Positions 25,476 to 39,654 of a DNA stretch of 64,000 nucleotides are shown here, one piece after another. Source of the DNA: Eledone cirrhosa (Eukaryota). A model generated the notes under the pieces. The model searched no databases. It saw only the letters and a list, made by a program, of their open reading frames with translations, and was not told where the DNA came from. The DNA lies in assembly GCA_964016885.1 (NCBI GenBank), contig OZ024743.1, positions 292,888,001 to 292,952,000 on the forward strand, read 5' to 3'. Positions within the stretch are counted from its first letter, which is position 1; each line of letters begins with the position of its first letter. Both the position numbers and the translations under genes were made by a program.

Positions 25476-26256
25476 AAATGAAAGGATTACAAAGGAGAAT
25501 ACATACTGTTAGAACATGTTTATACAAAAGCACCTACGTACGTTTCGCCCGAAAGTGTTTTCTCAAGGGCATACACATATAGACAGTGTTCAGTATAGAA
25601 CCCAAAAGGAGTTTTAAGAAGATAATCACATCGAAGTTCATTCTTGATTCAAACAGACATGGTTGTTATTGTCACAGAGCAAGGGGAGTAATTCTGACTG
25701 GTGTTTGAATAAATGTCCCTAAATGGCTTATTATCCGTTCACATGATGGTTGTTTTCCACTACTGCTTTATGGGTGCCACTTTACTGCTACCTAGTCCAG
25801 CCGGATCTAAGCGGCATAGTTGGTGTACAGAGTTTAGTTATGCAACCTACTCGCCGGCGTGTTATGGTTTGGTGCAGGGGGACCCAGTTTATGGTGTTCA
25901 GGTCTCAACTGGGGTCCAACCATAGTATGACTGCTGTATTCTGTGTCTGCAGTTTATCACAGATTCTGCTCTGCTGTTGATGAGCTCTGGGGGTGCTCTT
26001 ACGATTTGGTAAAGTTCCATGAAGCAGAGCTGGCACTTCCTCTTTAAGTTGTACGGTGTTGCCCTGCTGACAAATTCCCAGTATGTGGAGAAGCTAATGT
26101 TGGAGCCTTTCAATGTTGTGATGTAGTTGGCCAGTAATGTGGAGTATCTTAGTTTCTTGTTTCTAAAAGAGTGGAGATGCAGGCGAAACGTACGTAGGTG
26201 CTTTTGTATAAACATGTTCTAATAGTATCTATTCTCCTTTCTAATCCTTTCATTTG
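25476..26256 (-). mobile_element. 5'-truncated Penelope-like element (GIY-YIG C-terminus) with inverted pLTR fragments
   Basis: ORF 25898-26215 ...HSFRNKKLRYSTLLANYI...CQLCFMELYQI...LINSRAESVINCRH; 25476-25548 is inverted at 26184-26256. Confidence 0.8.
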
Positions 26257-26418
26257 TAACTGCTCTGCTTATATCCTCGCCCACTAAATATTAACGCCTC
26301 CGATATTTAACCCTGTAGGCACAAATATTGAGCACAAATGCACTAGCTTTTGGCAACTAACTATATGTATCGCTTATCCCTTTAAATCTCTACTCTCTCG
26401 AGATATTAAAATATTCTA

Positions 26419-26509
<91 letters not shown>

Positions 26510-28084
26510 TCTAAAACGGCTTGAGCTCTGCCGTCGGGGTCTTGAATATTTTCCTATATATATATAATTATATATATAAACATATGTAATTTGCTTGTGT
26601 ATATGTATTAAATAGTGATCGCGTGTTTACAATACATTTCTGGGACTCATCTATGTTATCAGGCATTTCCCTTTACGAAGGACACAAATTGCATTATAAC
26701 CAATCAGAAACTTACATTTATAACATATTACATATTACAGATTTCAATTTTATTTTCCTTACGTCAACAATGAACAACGACCTTACAAGCCACTGGATAA
26801 AATTCTGATTTCTAATGTAATTTATTAATTCATATGCAAACATGAATATTGTTAACTCTTGACAATATTTGTGGATACCATATTTTTTTATTTTATATAT
26901 CATGAACTATTCTTATATTGTACATAAAATTATGTATCACAGTTTCCCACCAACTGTCTGTGTATCTCCCACATGGGATATTATAAAATGTATAATAGAA
27001 CATTGAAGAACGTCGGACTACATGCTTTGTGACATAGAGTTGCGTCCCTTTACGTTCTCCCATGTCACCTCACGTTGTGCAATGTCGTGGATTCAGCGAT
27101 AGAAAGATAAAGAGTCAGTCACAGAGAGAAAGAGGAGGGATCGAAGAGAGAGAAAAATCGACAAGAGTTGACTTCGGCTATCTTTGAACGCAAAACACAG
27201 CAAGTTGGATAACGTTCCTTACACATCTATTAATTTGCAGCCTCGTTATTTTATCTAAATTTCAGAAGATATGCTATTACATTGGATATACAAGCTTGGA
27301 GGCGAGCATTTATTTAGGCTTTGGCTGTGATGGCTAAAACAAAACAAAAGTACAAGCATCATAATTTCTCATTAGTGGACCGTACGTCTAATAGAGGAAG
27401 ACATTATAGAATATATCATGTAGCATTTACTGATGGTAAAATCTTTGACGGTTTCAACAATGTTCAATCAACTGTATTCCGACATACGAAATTGACGTCT
27501 CGTCCATACTTGAGGTTATGGTTAACAGGTGCTTGCTTTAGAGCAAAGGTTCTCAACCCATTTCGGCCAAACGCCCTTTTTTGCCACTCGAAATCACGAA
27601 ACGCCCCCTACCCTATTTTTCCATTTTTCAATATAGTACTGATTTTGATATCACTAGATTACTGGGCCAAATCAAGTTATGCTAGAATCTTTAAAAAATA
27701 CTCGCACCAATTAAATACAAAAAAGTTTCAGTCCAAAACAAAAGCAAGCTATTTCAAATTATATATTTTTGAAAAAAAAAGAAAGATTTGATCTCAGTTG
27801 AAAAAGGTTTTTTTTTTTAATTCTATATTTCACTGTTAGCTGTTGTAATATTTTCAGTGGCTAGACAATTCGACAATTCAAACTGTAAAGTCAAAATACA
27901 AAAGATGCAAAATATGAAGAATTTCTTACCTTTCTCTGAAATCACAAACTCAGGAGAAAAATAGTACCTTGCAAAATAAAATACCTCGTAGCAAAATAAA
28001 ATACTTAGTAGCGACGAATGAATTGAGAAGATTGGAGACAGTGAGAAAGCCATATCTGTATCCCTTATATATATACATAGATAG

Positions 28085-28119
<35 letters not shown>

Positions 28120-28852
28120 AATACGCAAGCCCGCAGACACACACACACAAACTAGTGTGTGTGTGCTTTGGTTTTGGTACAGAAAGAATTTGTCTCCAGT
28201 TTTTATTGCCAGTTCAATGGCTACTGCTCTTTTCAACATCGCCAAATAACAACACCATATATATATATATACATATATAAATGAAGAGAGAAAGAGGGAA
28301 GGACAGGGAGAGTAAGAAATGTGTGTGTGTTTGGTACACGTCTATCTATCTATCTCCAACAGGGGCCTCAAACATGGTAGAGCAGACTGAAAAAATAAAA
28401 TAAATATATATATATATATGTGTGTGTGTATGTGTGTGTATTATATATATATATATATATTATACATACACACACACACACACCACACACACCCACATAT
28501 ATATATATATATCCTTACACACTTAAATATAAATGCATGTATATATACAAAAGTATAAATGCATAGCTATATACATACGTAAATGTATGTATGTATATAT
28601 GTATGTATGTATACCTTCACTCATTCCTTGCTACCCTCTCCCAACCTCTTTATCATCTATTGCACCATTTAAGTGATAAATTTTTGGTGTAATTTTTTTT
28701 ATTTTTGATGTAATTTTTTGACATTTTATGACATTATGTGCATCATGTATTCTGTCTTTTTCTATATAGGGCTGGCCTCGGGATCCCCTGCCAGTCCTTT
28801 AATCTTTTTCTGGTGACGCAGCTTGATGGAGAATGCAACTATTGATATACTC

Positions 28853-28918
28853 TTGTTTATAAGCTCTGATGATTCCTTCCATAGGGTATGGATGAAACAC
28901 TGTTAACTAATAAAACAA
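28853..28918 (+). ncRNA. Type I minimal hammerhead ribozyme motif in PLE pLTR (paralogs 33643-33710 and 63120-63183)
   Basis: TTTATAAGCT-CTGATGA-stem II (TCC..GGA)-GAAAC-ACT-GTT-A(A/G)CTAATAAA. Confidence 0.7.
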
Positions 28919-29199
28919 TGTATTTCTAAGCACTCTTTGGTTATTCCTATAATTATAACGGCTCTGTAGTATACTAGTTATCCTACATTGAGGTAAAACC
29001 ACACTGTCATACGAAGGGCAATATATCTGCGTGTCTGGGCACATTGATATATTTGTCAACGAAACTATAACGGCTCCCATTGGGTTGAGCTAAAAGAAAT
29101 AACCACTGTGCGCATATATGTATTCGTAGATCTATGCAACTATAGTCGCACACTGGTGTATAAACTTGACAGTATGCTAACCAAAGAACATCTACCTTT

Positions 29200-31720
29200 G
29201 CCACTCAAGAACATTCCCATCCCATCTAGGAATACCTACGAAGGTTGCTCATAGCTAGCGTAAACTCATTTGTTAAAAGATTAAGGTGGCGTGCTTTCCA
29301 CTACGATAGGAACCGGGATAACCCTCAGCAAACAACCCGGGTAAATAGGTATGGATTCAAGAATTACAACAGCCCACCGCACAATAGTAGTCTGGATGGC
29401 TTTGAAAGCGACCTTCTAAACCTTGTGAGGAGTATTAGATATAGGACTAAAAGCCATAGCAAAAACCCTTTCCGTAGAGATCTTAGCTCTATTATTAAGG
29501 GCTTCGAGGAAAATGCTAGCATTCTCGTCCCCTCAGATAAAACAAAAAATGTATATAACTTGGACTATAGGACTTACAGAAACTTCATATACAAGGAACT
29601 CCACAGAAATTATAAGAAAACTACCTATGGGAACCTAGACGAGATAAATAAGAAAGGGTTAGAAATCGTTAAGATGCTGAATCTGGAAAGGTACACCCAG
29701 CCTTTCACCCCTAAGCAATCCAGATTCACACTGAAGTATCACAAAGAGGACTTCTTTAGTAACCCCTCAATTAGTCTCATTAGCCCCTCTAAGTCTGACA
29801 TAAGCAAGAACATTTTAGACGCCGCCATCCCTCTTATAAGAAGTAAAGTTTACCTTGACCTATGGGGGAATACTGAGGAGGTCATTAAATGGTTCTCAAG
29901 CATTAGTAACCATAAGTCCCTGAAGTTAATCCAATTTGATATCAACTAATACTACACTTCAATCTCTCCCATCCTTCTAAATAAAGCCCTTATATTAGCT
30001 ATGCAAAATAGTGACCTGACTAGATCCCAAATTGACATTATCCTTGCTGCCCGGAGAAATATCATTCTCTTCGACGAGCAACTTTGGACCCGGGGGAACA
30101 AGGCGAATAACTTCGATATCACAATGGGGTCCAGGGATTCGGCGCAGATCACTGACTTGGTTGGACTTTACCTCCTCCATGAACTGCATAAAACATTCCC
30201 GCATTTCAGAGGCGGGCTATACCGCGACGACGCCCTCTTCGCTATTGAATATTTAAAAACATAATATAGAAAAGACAAGAAAAGACCTACATAATTTCTT
30301 CAAAAGCTTTAACCTTAGTATAACGATAGACATAAATAATAAAACGGTTAACTTTCTAGACGTAACCCTGGACCTGGAAAATAAATACTCCTCACCCTAT
30401 CATAAGCCGGATGAAACACTAACATACATAGATGCAAATTCCAACCACCCTAGACCCGTCCTAAATGCCATAATTAAAGGGGTATCTAATAGGATTAGCA
30501 GAGTATCACATTATGAGGATGCATTTAGGTCTAATGCAAGGTACTATAATAAGGCACTAGCAAAGTCCGGTTTTAGAGAAAAAATATACTATATACCTAA
30601 CAACCCCCAAACCACCAGGGCCGGACAGTATAATGTAATCACACACAATATGGTTTTGCCTAATAGAAGCGGACATAAAAATAGGAACAACACGGGTACA
30701 CTAATCGGCTGTGATCAACCCCAAATGACTCCATTTAACACACCTCATCGGTATAGCAATAATACTAACACTAGGATAAAAGCTAGAAACTTGAGATACA
30801 ATAGGAAAGACAGGGAAGCCAGTGAACCACTCCGGGTAAGGTTACCACCCCAGGTTCTCTCTACCACAGAAGATGGGTTGTCTACGCCCGGGGCTAACTC
30901 TTCCCCCAGTACGAAAAATAGAAAAAATAGACGAACATCTAATTCCTACTTTAATCCACCTTACAACTCGGAGGTATCAACCAATATACCAAAGGCATTA
31001 TTCTCGATCTTGGAACCCCCCGGTAGTAAATACCATAGCATCATTAATAAAAACACAATTAAGCTATCATTCTCTACCACTCCAAATTTAGCTCGTCACC
31101 TAGCCATAACGAACAACAAAAAAATTAGAAAAGGTTTCGATACCATTGCATCTGCGGGACACCTGCAGCCACTAGATGGACCGGATGCAGCGTCACCCAG
31201 CAGCACTATCCACACATCTGATGTACGGTTGCCAAATCTGGAACGCAAGGAAAACCAAACATCTCCTGTGCCGCAGACTCACATACACCGCAAATGTAAC
31301 TGCAGACGAAAGGCAGAGTGCCCCCTAAAGGGGCAATGCCTTATAAACAATATTGTCTACGCATCTGATGTTACAACTCGGACCTCCTCCAAAGCATATA
31401 TAGGGTCTACATCGACCCCATTTAAGACTAGATACAACTTCCATCGCTATACATTTAGACATGATAGACTTAAGAATACTACATCCATAGCTAGTACATA
31501 TCCCTCCTGAAGAACACTGATATTCAATACACGCTTGATTGGAGAATCATCACTAAATCATCGCAGTACAGACCCCTTAGCAAGACCTGTGACCTTTGTC
31601 TCTCTGAATCCCACGCCATAATATACTCCAAACTGAACCTGCTAAATAGGAAATCAGAAATATTCTCTTCTTGCCCGCACATAAATCTTAGCTCCTTCTA
31701 TTACTTTAGACCAATTAGTT
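29200..31720 (+). pseudogene. Penelope-like RT + GIY-YIG endonuclease ORF, disrupted by a few stops and frameshifts
   Basis: KNIPIPS, KRLRWRA, SDKT, QFDI, TMGSRDSAQITDLVG, GLYRDD, NFLDV, CNCRRKAECPLKGQC, NIVY...YIGSTSTPFKTRY. Confidence 0.92.
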
Positions 31721-34110
31721 AACGCTGTAGGACTTGCATACCTCACTCCTGTCTGGCCTACGTAAAACCACGCCACACTTCATCCTGGTTCCTTTGTAAC
31801 GATAACTGCCCTTCAAGTGTATATAGACTAATCTAATATTTTTTCTCTTTTTTTCTCTTTTCCCCTCTCTCTTACTTTTTCTTCCTCTCTTCCATAGTTC
31901 ATCTTATTACCACAGGCCAAGAACCCATAGGGTAAAACCTACTTAAGGCTTTTCACTATACCTAGCACAGTTTGACCCTATATAGGCACTTACCCACACT
32001 AACCATATTAATATGGTTTATAAACACACCCATTGTGCGCTAACTGATAGCACAGCATAATAGTCTGTCGAAAGCCCAACAAACCCCACCGCAGCTATAA
32101 AGCGGGTGGCTTGGGCATCCGGGGTCCTGTTAGCCTTGACCCTAAAGTGTGTGATAGATTTAATATAGTATAGTGAACTATGGGAGCAAACCGTGTGGGC
32201 TAGGTGCCGCAGAATCAATCAACCCTCGGGGGGAAGGAGTAGTTGTCGCTGAGGTGTTCGAATCGAACAAATGACTCGCCCCAAGCGTCCCGTTGGATAT
32301 CTAATGAATCCGCCCTTTATGACGTGAATTGCCTCCCGTACTTTTCATAAGCACTCTACGACTTCCTGAGTTTATATTCTGACAACCGTTGTGTGTTACT
32401 AGCGAGAGGCTAACCTTTGAAATTTTGAAATTGTTGAATATGAATTGTGCTCCAGCTTTGATGAATTATAGAACCACATTCAAGGCAATGTGCGACACTG
32501 GATATTGAATTCCGGCCGACCCAGGAGGGTTCACACCCGAGTGTGAATGGATTGCAACCTCAGGATTCAGTAATCTATACGAAAACCACGTGGCGGACAT
32601 ATAAATAACATAGCTGTCATTGACAGTTTTAGCCGTGAGTTTTCTACATGTTCTACAGAAATTTGCACTTACTCTAATAAACCCGCTTATTATTGTAACA
32701 ATGTCTGCTTTCCCCTCACTCTGCCATAGGTAATTCCGGAAGCGGAGTTTTCTATATACACTTTCTCTCTATGTGACGGGATAGCCATCACGATTTACAT
32801 TTACTGTGGTATAATTGTATACGGTACGACACATTGGTTCGACGCCAACTCGGACATACAGTGAATTTCACTTGGGACGTTGGGTTGAGCGACCGAACGT
32901 GAGGACTTTGGGTGATGGCAGTTATTGCGGACCTGTCGTATTTTCAATTTCCTCACTGGTGTGCCGGCTGTACATATACCCTACCTTTCTTCAACTAATC
33001 GTACTTTATTTTATTTTAGATTTTAGGTGTCTATCGCTGACCGCCTATGGTGATAAATCCCCTGGGTATATGTTTTGGAAAAATAGTGCTAACGCTCAGA
33101 ACTGGAACCTATCGATGTGGTTCGTAGGGTGCTGATATGATACGGAGAATCGACCTGTTACAAGGCGATATAATTGGAGTACACCATCCTTCCTATGGAC
33201 AATCATACATGTAAAGCTGCACCACCGCTAACTTCTCACAGACTCATGCTTACAAACTCTCTTAATCTGCCTGTACACCCTGGTTTTGCACTGCTTGTGC
33301 TTTGATGTATCTATGCTTAGGTTTGTTTTGTTTTTGTTTTTTATTTTTATTTCTTTTGTTATTTTTGTATTTTTGTACTTTTTTTATTGTTTTTGATCAT
33401 GCTGAGTAATACCTTCACTCATTCCTTGCTACCCTCTCCCAACCTCTTTATCATTTATTGCACCATTTAAGTGATAAATTTTTGAAGTAATTTTTTATGA
33501 CATTTTATGATATTATGTGCATCATGTAATATGTGCATCATGTATTCTGTCTATATAGCTCTGGCCTCGGGACCCCCCTGCTGGTCCTTTAACCTTGTTC
33601 TGGTGACGCAACTTGATGGAGCATGCAACTATTCATATACTCTTGTTTATAGGCTCTGGTGATTCCTGCCTTAGGGTATGGATGAAACACGAATAAAGCT
33701 AATAAAACAATCTATTTCTAAGCACTCTTTGGTTATTCCTATAATTATATATATATATAAATCTACATACATACATATATACATACATACATTTACGTAA
33801 ATGTATGTATGTATGTATATATGTATGTATGTAGATTTATATATATATACATATATATATATTTAAATCTACATACATTCATACATATATACATACATAT
33901 ATTTACGTATGTATATAGCTATGCATTTATACATTTGTATATATACGGGCATTTATATTTAAGTGTGTAAGGATGTTGACATGATTATTTATGGGGGGGG
34001 GGGGTACGGAGAAAAATCTGTCTCCAGATTTTATTACCTAGGGAGATTAAATACCACAGCTCTGGCTGATAGCTGACCAGGTTCTCAACCTCATCAAACA
34101 CTAACGCAAG

Positions 34111-34198
<88 letters not shown>

Positions 34199-34210
34199 TA
34201 TGCATGTGTG

Positions 34211-34322
34211 TGTATGTTCATCACCATTGCTTCTTTTTGTTGTCATTTCTGTTGAAGTTCTTGGAGTTCCAAGAACTTCAACAGAAATGACAACAAAAAG
34301 AAGCAATGGTGATGAACATACA
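34211..34322. repeat. Perfect hairpin (55-bp arms, 2-nt loop) next to (TG)n
   Basis: tgtatgttcatcaccattgc...cttgga gt tccaag...gcaatggtgatgaacataca. Confidence 0.92.
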
Positions 34323-34918
34323 AAGTTGACGTTCTTATGTTCATTTTCTTTGATTTATTTTGTTTTTCTTTTATCTCCCTAGGGAATTCGTTACAAGCTT
34401 CTTCTAAATATTTTCTACGTTTTCTTCATTCAAATGCATTCACACTGGCTGTCTAAGAGACGTACAAATATGACTTATAAAACTTACCAAACTAAGCGAA
34501 CCCTTGCTGCAAAACGCGCTCCTGGAGCTCTGAAACACCCCCCGTGAGGGAGGGGGCATATGCCCCCCGTTAAGAACCTTTGCTTTAGATGACATGCAGT
34601 GAGACGGACCTGGTACCTTATGATTGCGAAGCAAACTTTTAACTAAGTATATAACTATAAAAATATATATATATATATATATATATATTTCTCATTTCTT
34701 CCCCTTTGCTTTCCTTCCCTCCTTCCTTCGTTTTCCCAATAACTTATCCAGTTATTGACGCCCTGGGCGGTAGATATCTTGTCTTTAAGGCGTAGAAATA
34801 TCCGAGACCCCCAGTAGAAAACTGACGATGAAAAATCCCCCCCCCACCGTTCTTGCTTTCTTCGTATTCCCACTGCATTTTAAGTTACCTTAAATAGCAA
34901 CTACACAGCCATTTCTAT

Positions 34919-35050
<132 letters not shown>

Positions 35051-35061
35051 TATATATATAT

Positions 35062-37322
35062 AGTGACGAAACATAAGTCAATTACATGAATTCATAATCC
35101 TTTATTTACTGCTATATATATTTTGATGATAACCATTGAATGACTATGACCTCATCAGACAGTTAGTCAGTTCTTAGATATGCCAGCTCTGTGTTTATAG
35201 TGTTGATGGTGTCAGAGCCTTGGGACATATGAGCTTGTTAGGAATAATTTAAGGTCCTGCATACCCCACCAGTCTAATAGCTACAACGCTGTAGACCTCT
35301 GTGCTGCGGAGCATAGGCACCCCTGCACCGGCCCCACCACCAGCCGAACCCTAATTGAGCAGGGAGGTCGCACCTCGCAGGTTTATAGCCCCACGGTGAG
35401 CCCATATAACCCTCATGATAGTGACCGCTCTGCACACCTGAGTGACACCAACCGAGCTCGACCTGAGCTGTGCACAACTACGCGATGGCCCACGGCGGAC
35501 ACCCAACAACCACGCAAGAATAGGACCAGGAAGGTCACATGGTATAACCCTCCGTACTCGGTGGGTCTACGTACCAGCCTGGCTAGAACATTCTTTAGAG
35601 TACTGGATAAATGTTTCCCTAGGGTCCACAATTACCATAAAATATTTAACAGGCACACGGTGAAACTTTCCTACTCAACCACACGCTCCGTAGCCCAGCA
35701 CATAGGTGGCATAAATAGGAATAGGCTCACTGCCTCTAATACCACCGTAAACCCCGGAGCCACCCAACAGAACCAGCACGCGGGACGCACTGGAACCCGG
35801 ACAGGCCCAACTAGCACACCGGACCCATATCGACGAGCTTCAAAGATCGGTGATATAATTATCGCCATTACTTTAACAGAATAGATAAGAGGAAATGTAC
35901 GGCCCTTTCTGAATTGATCTGGAAGCTCAAACTTGAAAAGATACCGCACTCTCTGGCCTGGTCCATGCTTAGAAAGGTTCCCCCAGACAGAGGCAGGTCT
36001 GGTATTTGCAACATCTGCCTTAGTGAGACACTCGAGATTCTTCATGGCGGAACCAAACTATTAAACAGAAGGGCCGACTTATTCGGTGCCTGCAGACACC
36101 TAAGAACGGGAACTTTCCTCAAGCTATATGGATAAACCCCGGTTACGGCCTCCCACAACGCCCCCCCCCCCTCCCATGTAGGTCCCCTACCAATGACCAA
36201 TGGACAACAACAACCACCCATAGTTTGTGGTCCCTATGGTGGATGGTCCACCGGATCCTCTACTGGTTAGGAGTCATCAAAACCACGTTTTATTGAACCG
36301 GATTTTATATATATATATATATATCATGTGTAAATATATATATTTTATATGTGTATATATGTGTATTTTATATATATGTATATATATGTATATATTTTAT
36401 ATATATATGTATATGTATGTGTATTTATATATATATATATGTATGTATGTTTTATGTGTGTATATATTTTATGTATGTATATATTTTATGTATATATATA
36501 TATTTTATATATATATATTTTATATATATGTATGTTCTGTGTATATATATATATTATATATATATACTTGTGCGTACACACATACATACATACATACATA
36601 TATATATATACACACACCTGTATGGATTTGTGTCTGTAGATGTGTGTGTGTCTGAGGGGGTAGGTGTGAGTGTATGTACAAGTCAACCAGCATAAACCTT
36701 TTATTTCTAAATTTTCTAAAATATCTAAGTAATTGACTTTAACCATTATTTTAAGTATTACCACCCCACATTTTGTATGTGTGGATGTGTGTGTGTGTGT
36801 CTGTGGAGGTGGGTGTGGGTGTAGGTGCAAGCCAACCTACATCTTTTTATTTGTAAATTTTCTACTCTAACCATAAATTTCAGTAGCACCACTCCACATA
36901 AATTCCTCAATTTAAGAATGACCTGTAGTACCTATTTCATACTATTAACCTTAATTGAATATATATCTGACCAGAAATGCTTTTTGTGAAAATCAGTCAT
37001 ATGGAACTGTTGTCATCTTGCCTGACGGTTTGAACTTTACAACACCACCTGCCTCTTTGAGGTCAAATACCAACCCTACTAGCATCTACAAACTGACCAA
37101 TGAGAATTAAGACTATTCCTGCTGACAACATTAAATTATTCCTAACAAGCTCATATGTCCTAAGGTTCTGATACCATCAACACTATAAACACAGAGCTGG
37201 CATATCTAAGAACTAACTAACTGCATAATGAGATCATAGCCATTCAATGGCTATCATCGAAATATATATAGCAGTAAATAAAGGATTATGAGTTCATGCA
37301 ATTGACTTATGTTTTGTCACTA
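35062..37322. mobile_element. Inverted PLE pLTR pair (35062-35272 / 37131-37322) enclosing a truncated PLE endonuclease remnant
   Basis: ~200-bp inverted repeats, each with a hammerhead motif (35108-35163 minus, 37220-37275 plus). Confidence 0.82.
35396..36135 (+). pseudogene. Penelope-like ORF 3' fragment (linker + partial GIY-YIG)
   Basis: RKVTWYNPPYS...KIFNRHTVKLSYST and CNICLSETLEIL...LLNRRADLFGACRH. Confidence 0.85.
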
Positions 37323-37732
37323 TTATAACTCCGGAACTTATAACTTCGTTGAGTGCTCCCTATCCGCATACTGAAGTACTGGATTTTACCAACACTTACC
37401 TTCTTGCTTATATATATACGAAAAGGCAACGAGTATAATCAAAACAGGAGAACAACAATGCACATTGATGATATATATATCTAATTGACAGGGTAAACAG
37501 GAACATTTTAAAAGAGGACAGTAGTGGTGGTCTACGATCTGTCCTACTCGTTTGTCTACCAGTATATCATTAAAGAATTATACGTCTCGTATGTATGTTG
37601 TCTGAAGAGGACATGTTTTGCTTTATGTTATATATAAAACTTTACATATTCGAAATATATAATATATATAATAAAATAAATAGAGATGATATAAAGAATA
37701 TATCTTTCGTTTATTACTATTATTATTATGTA

Positions 37733-38306
37733 CTAGCAGTGGTACCCGGCGTTGCACTGGATAAGGTATTTTGGAACGCGTGCCGCCAACAGACCTAATC
37801 CTGGAAAAAATACATACCTGGACTATATGTAAAGAAAATAAACCGGATAATCTTTAAGATTTTCCTCGATGAAGCAGGAAAAATGCAGCTTTTCACCTAA
37901 TGCGGGCCCTAGGGTATCAAGAAAATAAGTTTTCTTCATGTGTGCCTTGAAATTTCGGGAAAATCGGCTAGACGTAACGCCTCCAAAAAGCCCAAAAAAA
38001 CTGAACAAATTAAGGTTTTTCATCTAAAGCGGACCCTAGGCCATACAAAAGTTGGATTTTCTTTGCTCACGGTATGAAGAAGATACTGCCTAATAAAATA
38101 GTTACAATTTCAAGGAAATCGGTCTGACGTAACACCTAAAAAAAAACTAAAAAGCTTAAAAACGCAGTTTTCACCTAATGCGGGCCCTAGGAGATCAAAA
38201 ATTTGAATTCTTTTATGTGCATAACACTCCCTGAAACATAAGTAATACACATGTAAAGTTTGCAAAAAATCGGTTGGGTACTTCTGGAGTTTTAGGGATT
38301 CAAACT

Positions 38307-38343
<37 letters not shown>

Positions 38344-38351
38344 ATACACAT

Positions 38352-38382
<31 letters not shown>

Positions 38383-38691
38383 GACATCCTCAGGGAAGTG
38401 ACGTAATGCAGACAGCCAGACTCACAGACAGATATTATAAGGGCGCGGCGTTATATGTATGTATCTATCTAAAAATAGAAAGACTAAGAATTATAGAGAG
38501 AGGTCACTAAATCGCCTAATGCGGTCCGTAGAACATTGAAAATTTGAGATTTATTTTGCTTAGAACACTCCGTGAAGCATAGGTATTACATGTGTAAAGT
38601 TTGAAAACAGTCGGTTAGGTGCTCCTCAAGTTTTAGGGATTCAAATTCACACACGCACACAGACAGACATCCTCAGTTTTATATATATAGA
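37733..38691 (-). mobile_element. Non-autonomous Helitron with internal subrepeats and (CA)n
   Basis: Minus strand begins A|TCTATATATATAAAAC and ends with a GC-rich hairpin (ccagtgcaacgccggg) then CTAG|T; internal repeats of tttcacctaatgcgggccctagg near 37890, 38025, 38169 and 38513. Confidence 0.78.
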
Positions 38692-38707
38692 TTATATATA
38701 TATCTAT

Positions 38708-39370
38708 ATATATCATAAAACATGTCTATAGAATCACCAGATAAAATATATACCATTTCCTCTCCCAATTAGCATAATTAACCATATAAAAAATCGATTA
38801 GACCAAGCTATAAGAATAAAGGCTTCTATGAAGAAATCTCCGACAAATAACGGAAAGCAGCCCTTCGCGTTGGTTGCGACGGAATATTTATCGAGTATTT
38901 CGACAGCGTGTATGAATCGCCCAGATATACAGTCAATTAAACCGAATTAGATGTAAAATAAACTAGGAGAAAAGTGAACATATTTAGTTATCTCTACCAT
39001 GGATTCGTCCGCATTTTAAGATATCCGATAACATTGGACACCTATCCTGCTATCGGATATCTTAAAATGCGGACGAAACCATAGTAGAGGTAACTAAATA
39101 TGTTCACTTTTCTCCTAGTTTGTTTACACCTAATTCGGTTTAATTGACTGTATATCTGGGCGATTCATACACGCTGTCGAAATACTCGATAAATATTCCG
39201 TCGCAACCAACGCGAAGGGCTGCTTTCCGTTATTTGTCGGAGATTTCTTCATAGAAGCCTTTATTCTTATAGCTTGGTCTAATCGATTTTTTATATGGTT
39301 AATTATGGTAATTGGGAGAGGAAATGGTATATATTATCTGGTGATTCTATAGACATGTTTTATGATATAT
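38708..39370. repeat. ~660-bp palindrome (~320-bp arms, ~20-nt spacer), probably a fold-back PLE pLTR
   Basis: Left arm atcataaaacatgtctatagaatcacc... is mirrored at 39340-39370; each arm carries a hammerhead 3' half near the centre. Confidence 0.9.
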
Positions 39371-39452
39371 GGCTCTGATTATTTAATTTATTAACTCTTC
39401 ATTGAGCCACAAAGTGACCCGTTGCAAAACACACATATATATATATGTAAAC

Positions 39453-39544
<92 letters not shown>

Positions 39545-39654
39545 ATACTTGGGGAGGGTCATATTTGTGTAATATTGCCAGAATTAATAACAGAACACAC
39601 TCACTGTTTGGTTGGTTTTCGCTTCTCGCTGTCATTTATATCTGTAATCTAGCT

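Larger units (their letters stand above)
28611..33749 (+). mobile_element. Near full-length Penelope-like retroelement with direct pLTRs (28611-28957 and 33409-33749)
   Basis: ~340-bp direct repeats, each containing a hammerhead motif; internal RT-GIY-YIG ORF; 3' end runs into (TA)n. Confidence 0.9.

Noticed and set aside
27321-28245. 156-aa and 140-aa ORFs or a possible MITE near 27555
   Set aside because: No recognisable domain, matching TIR or TSD was found.
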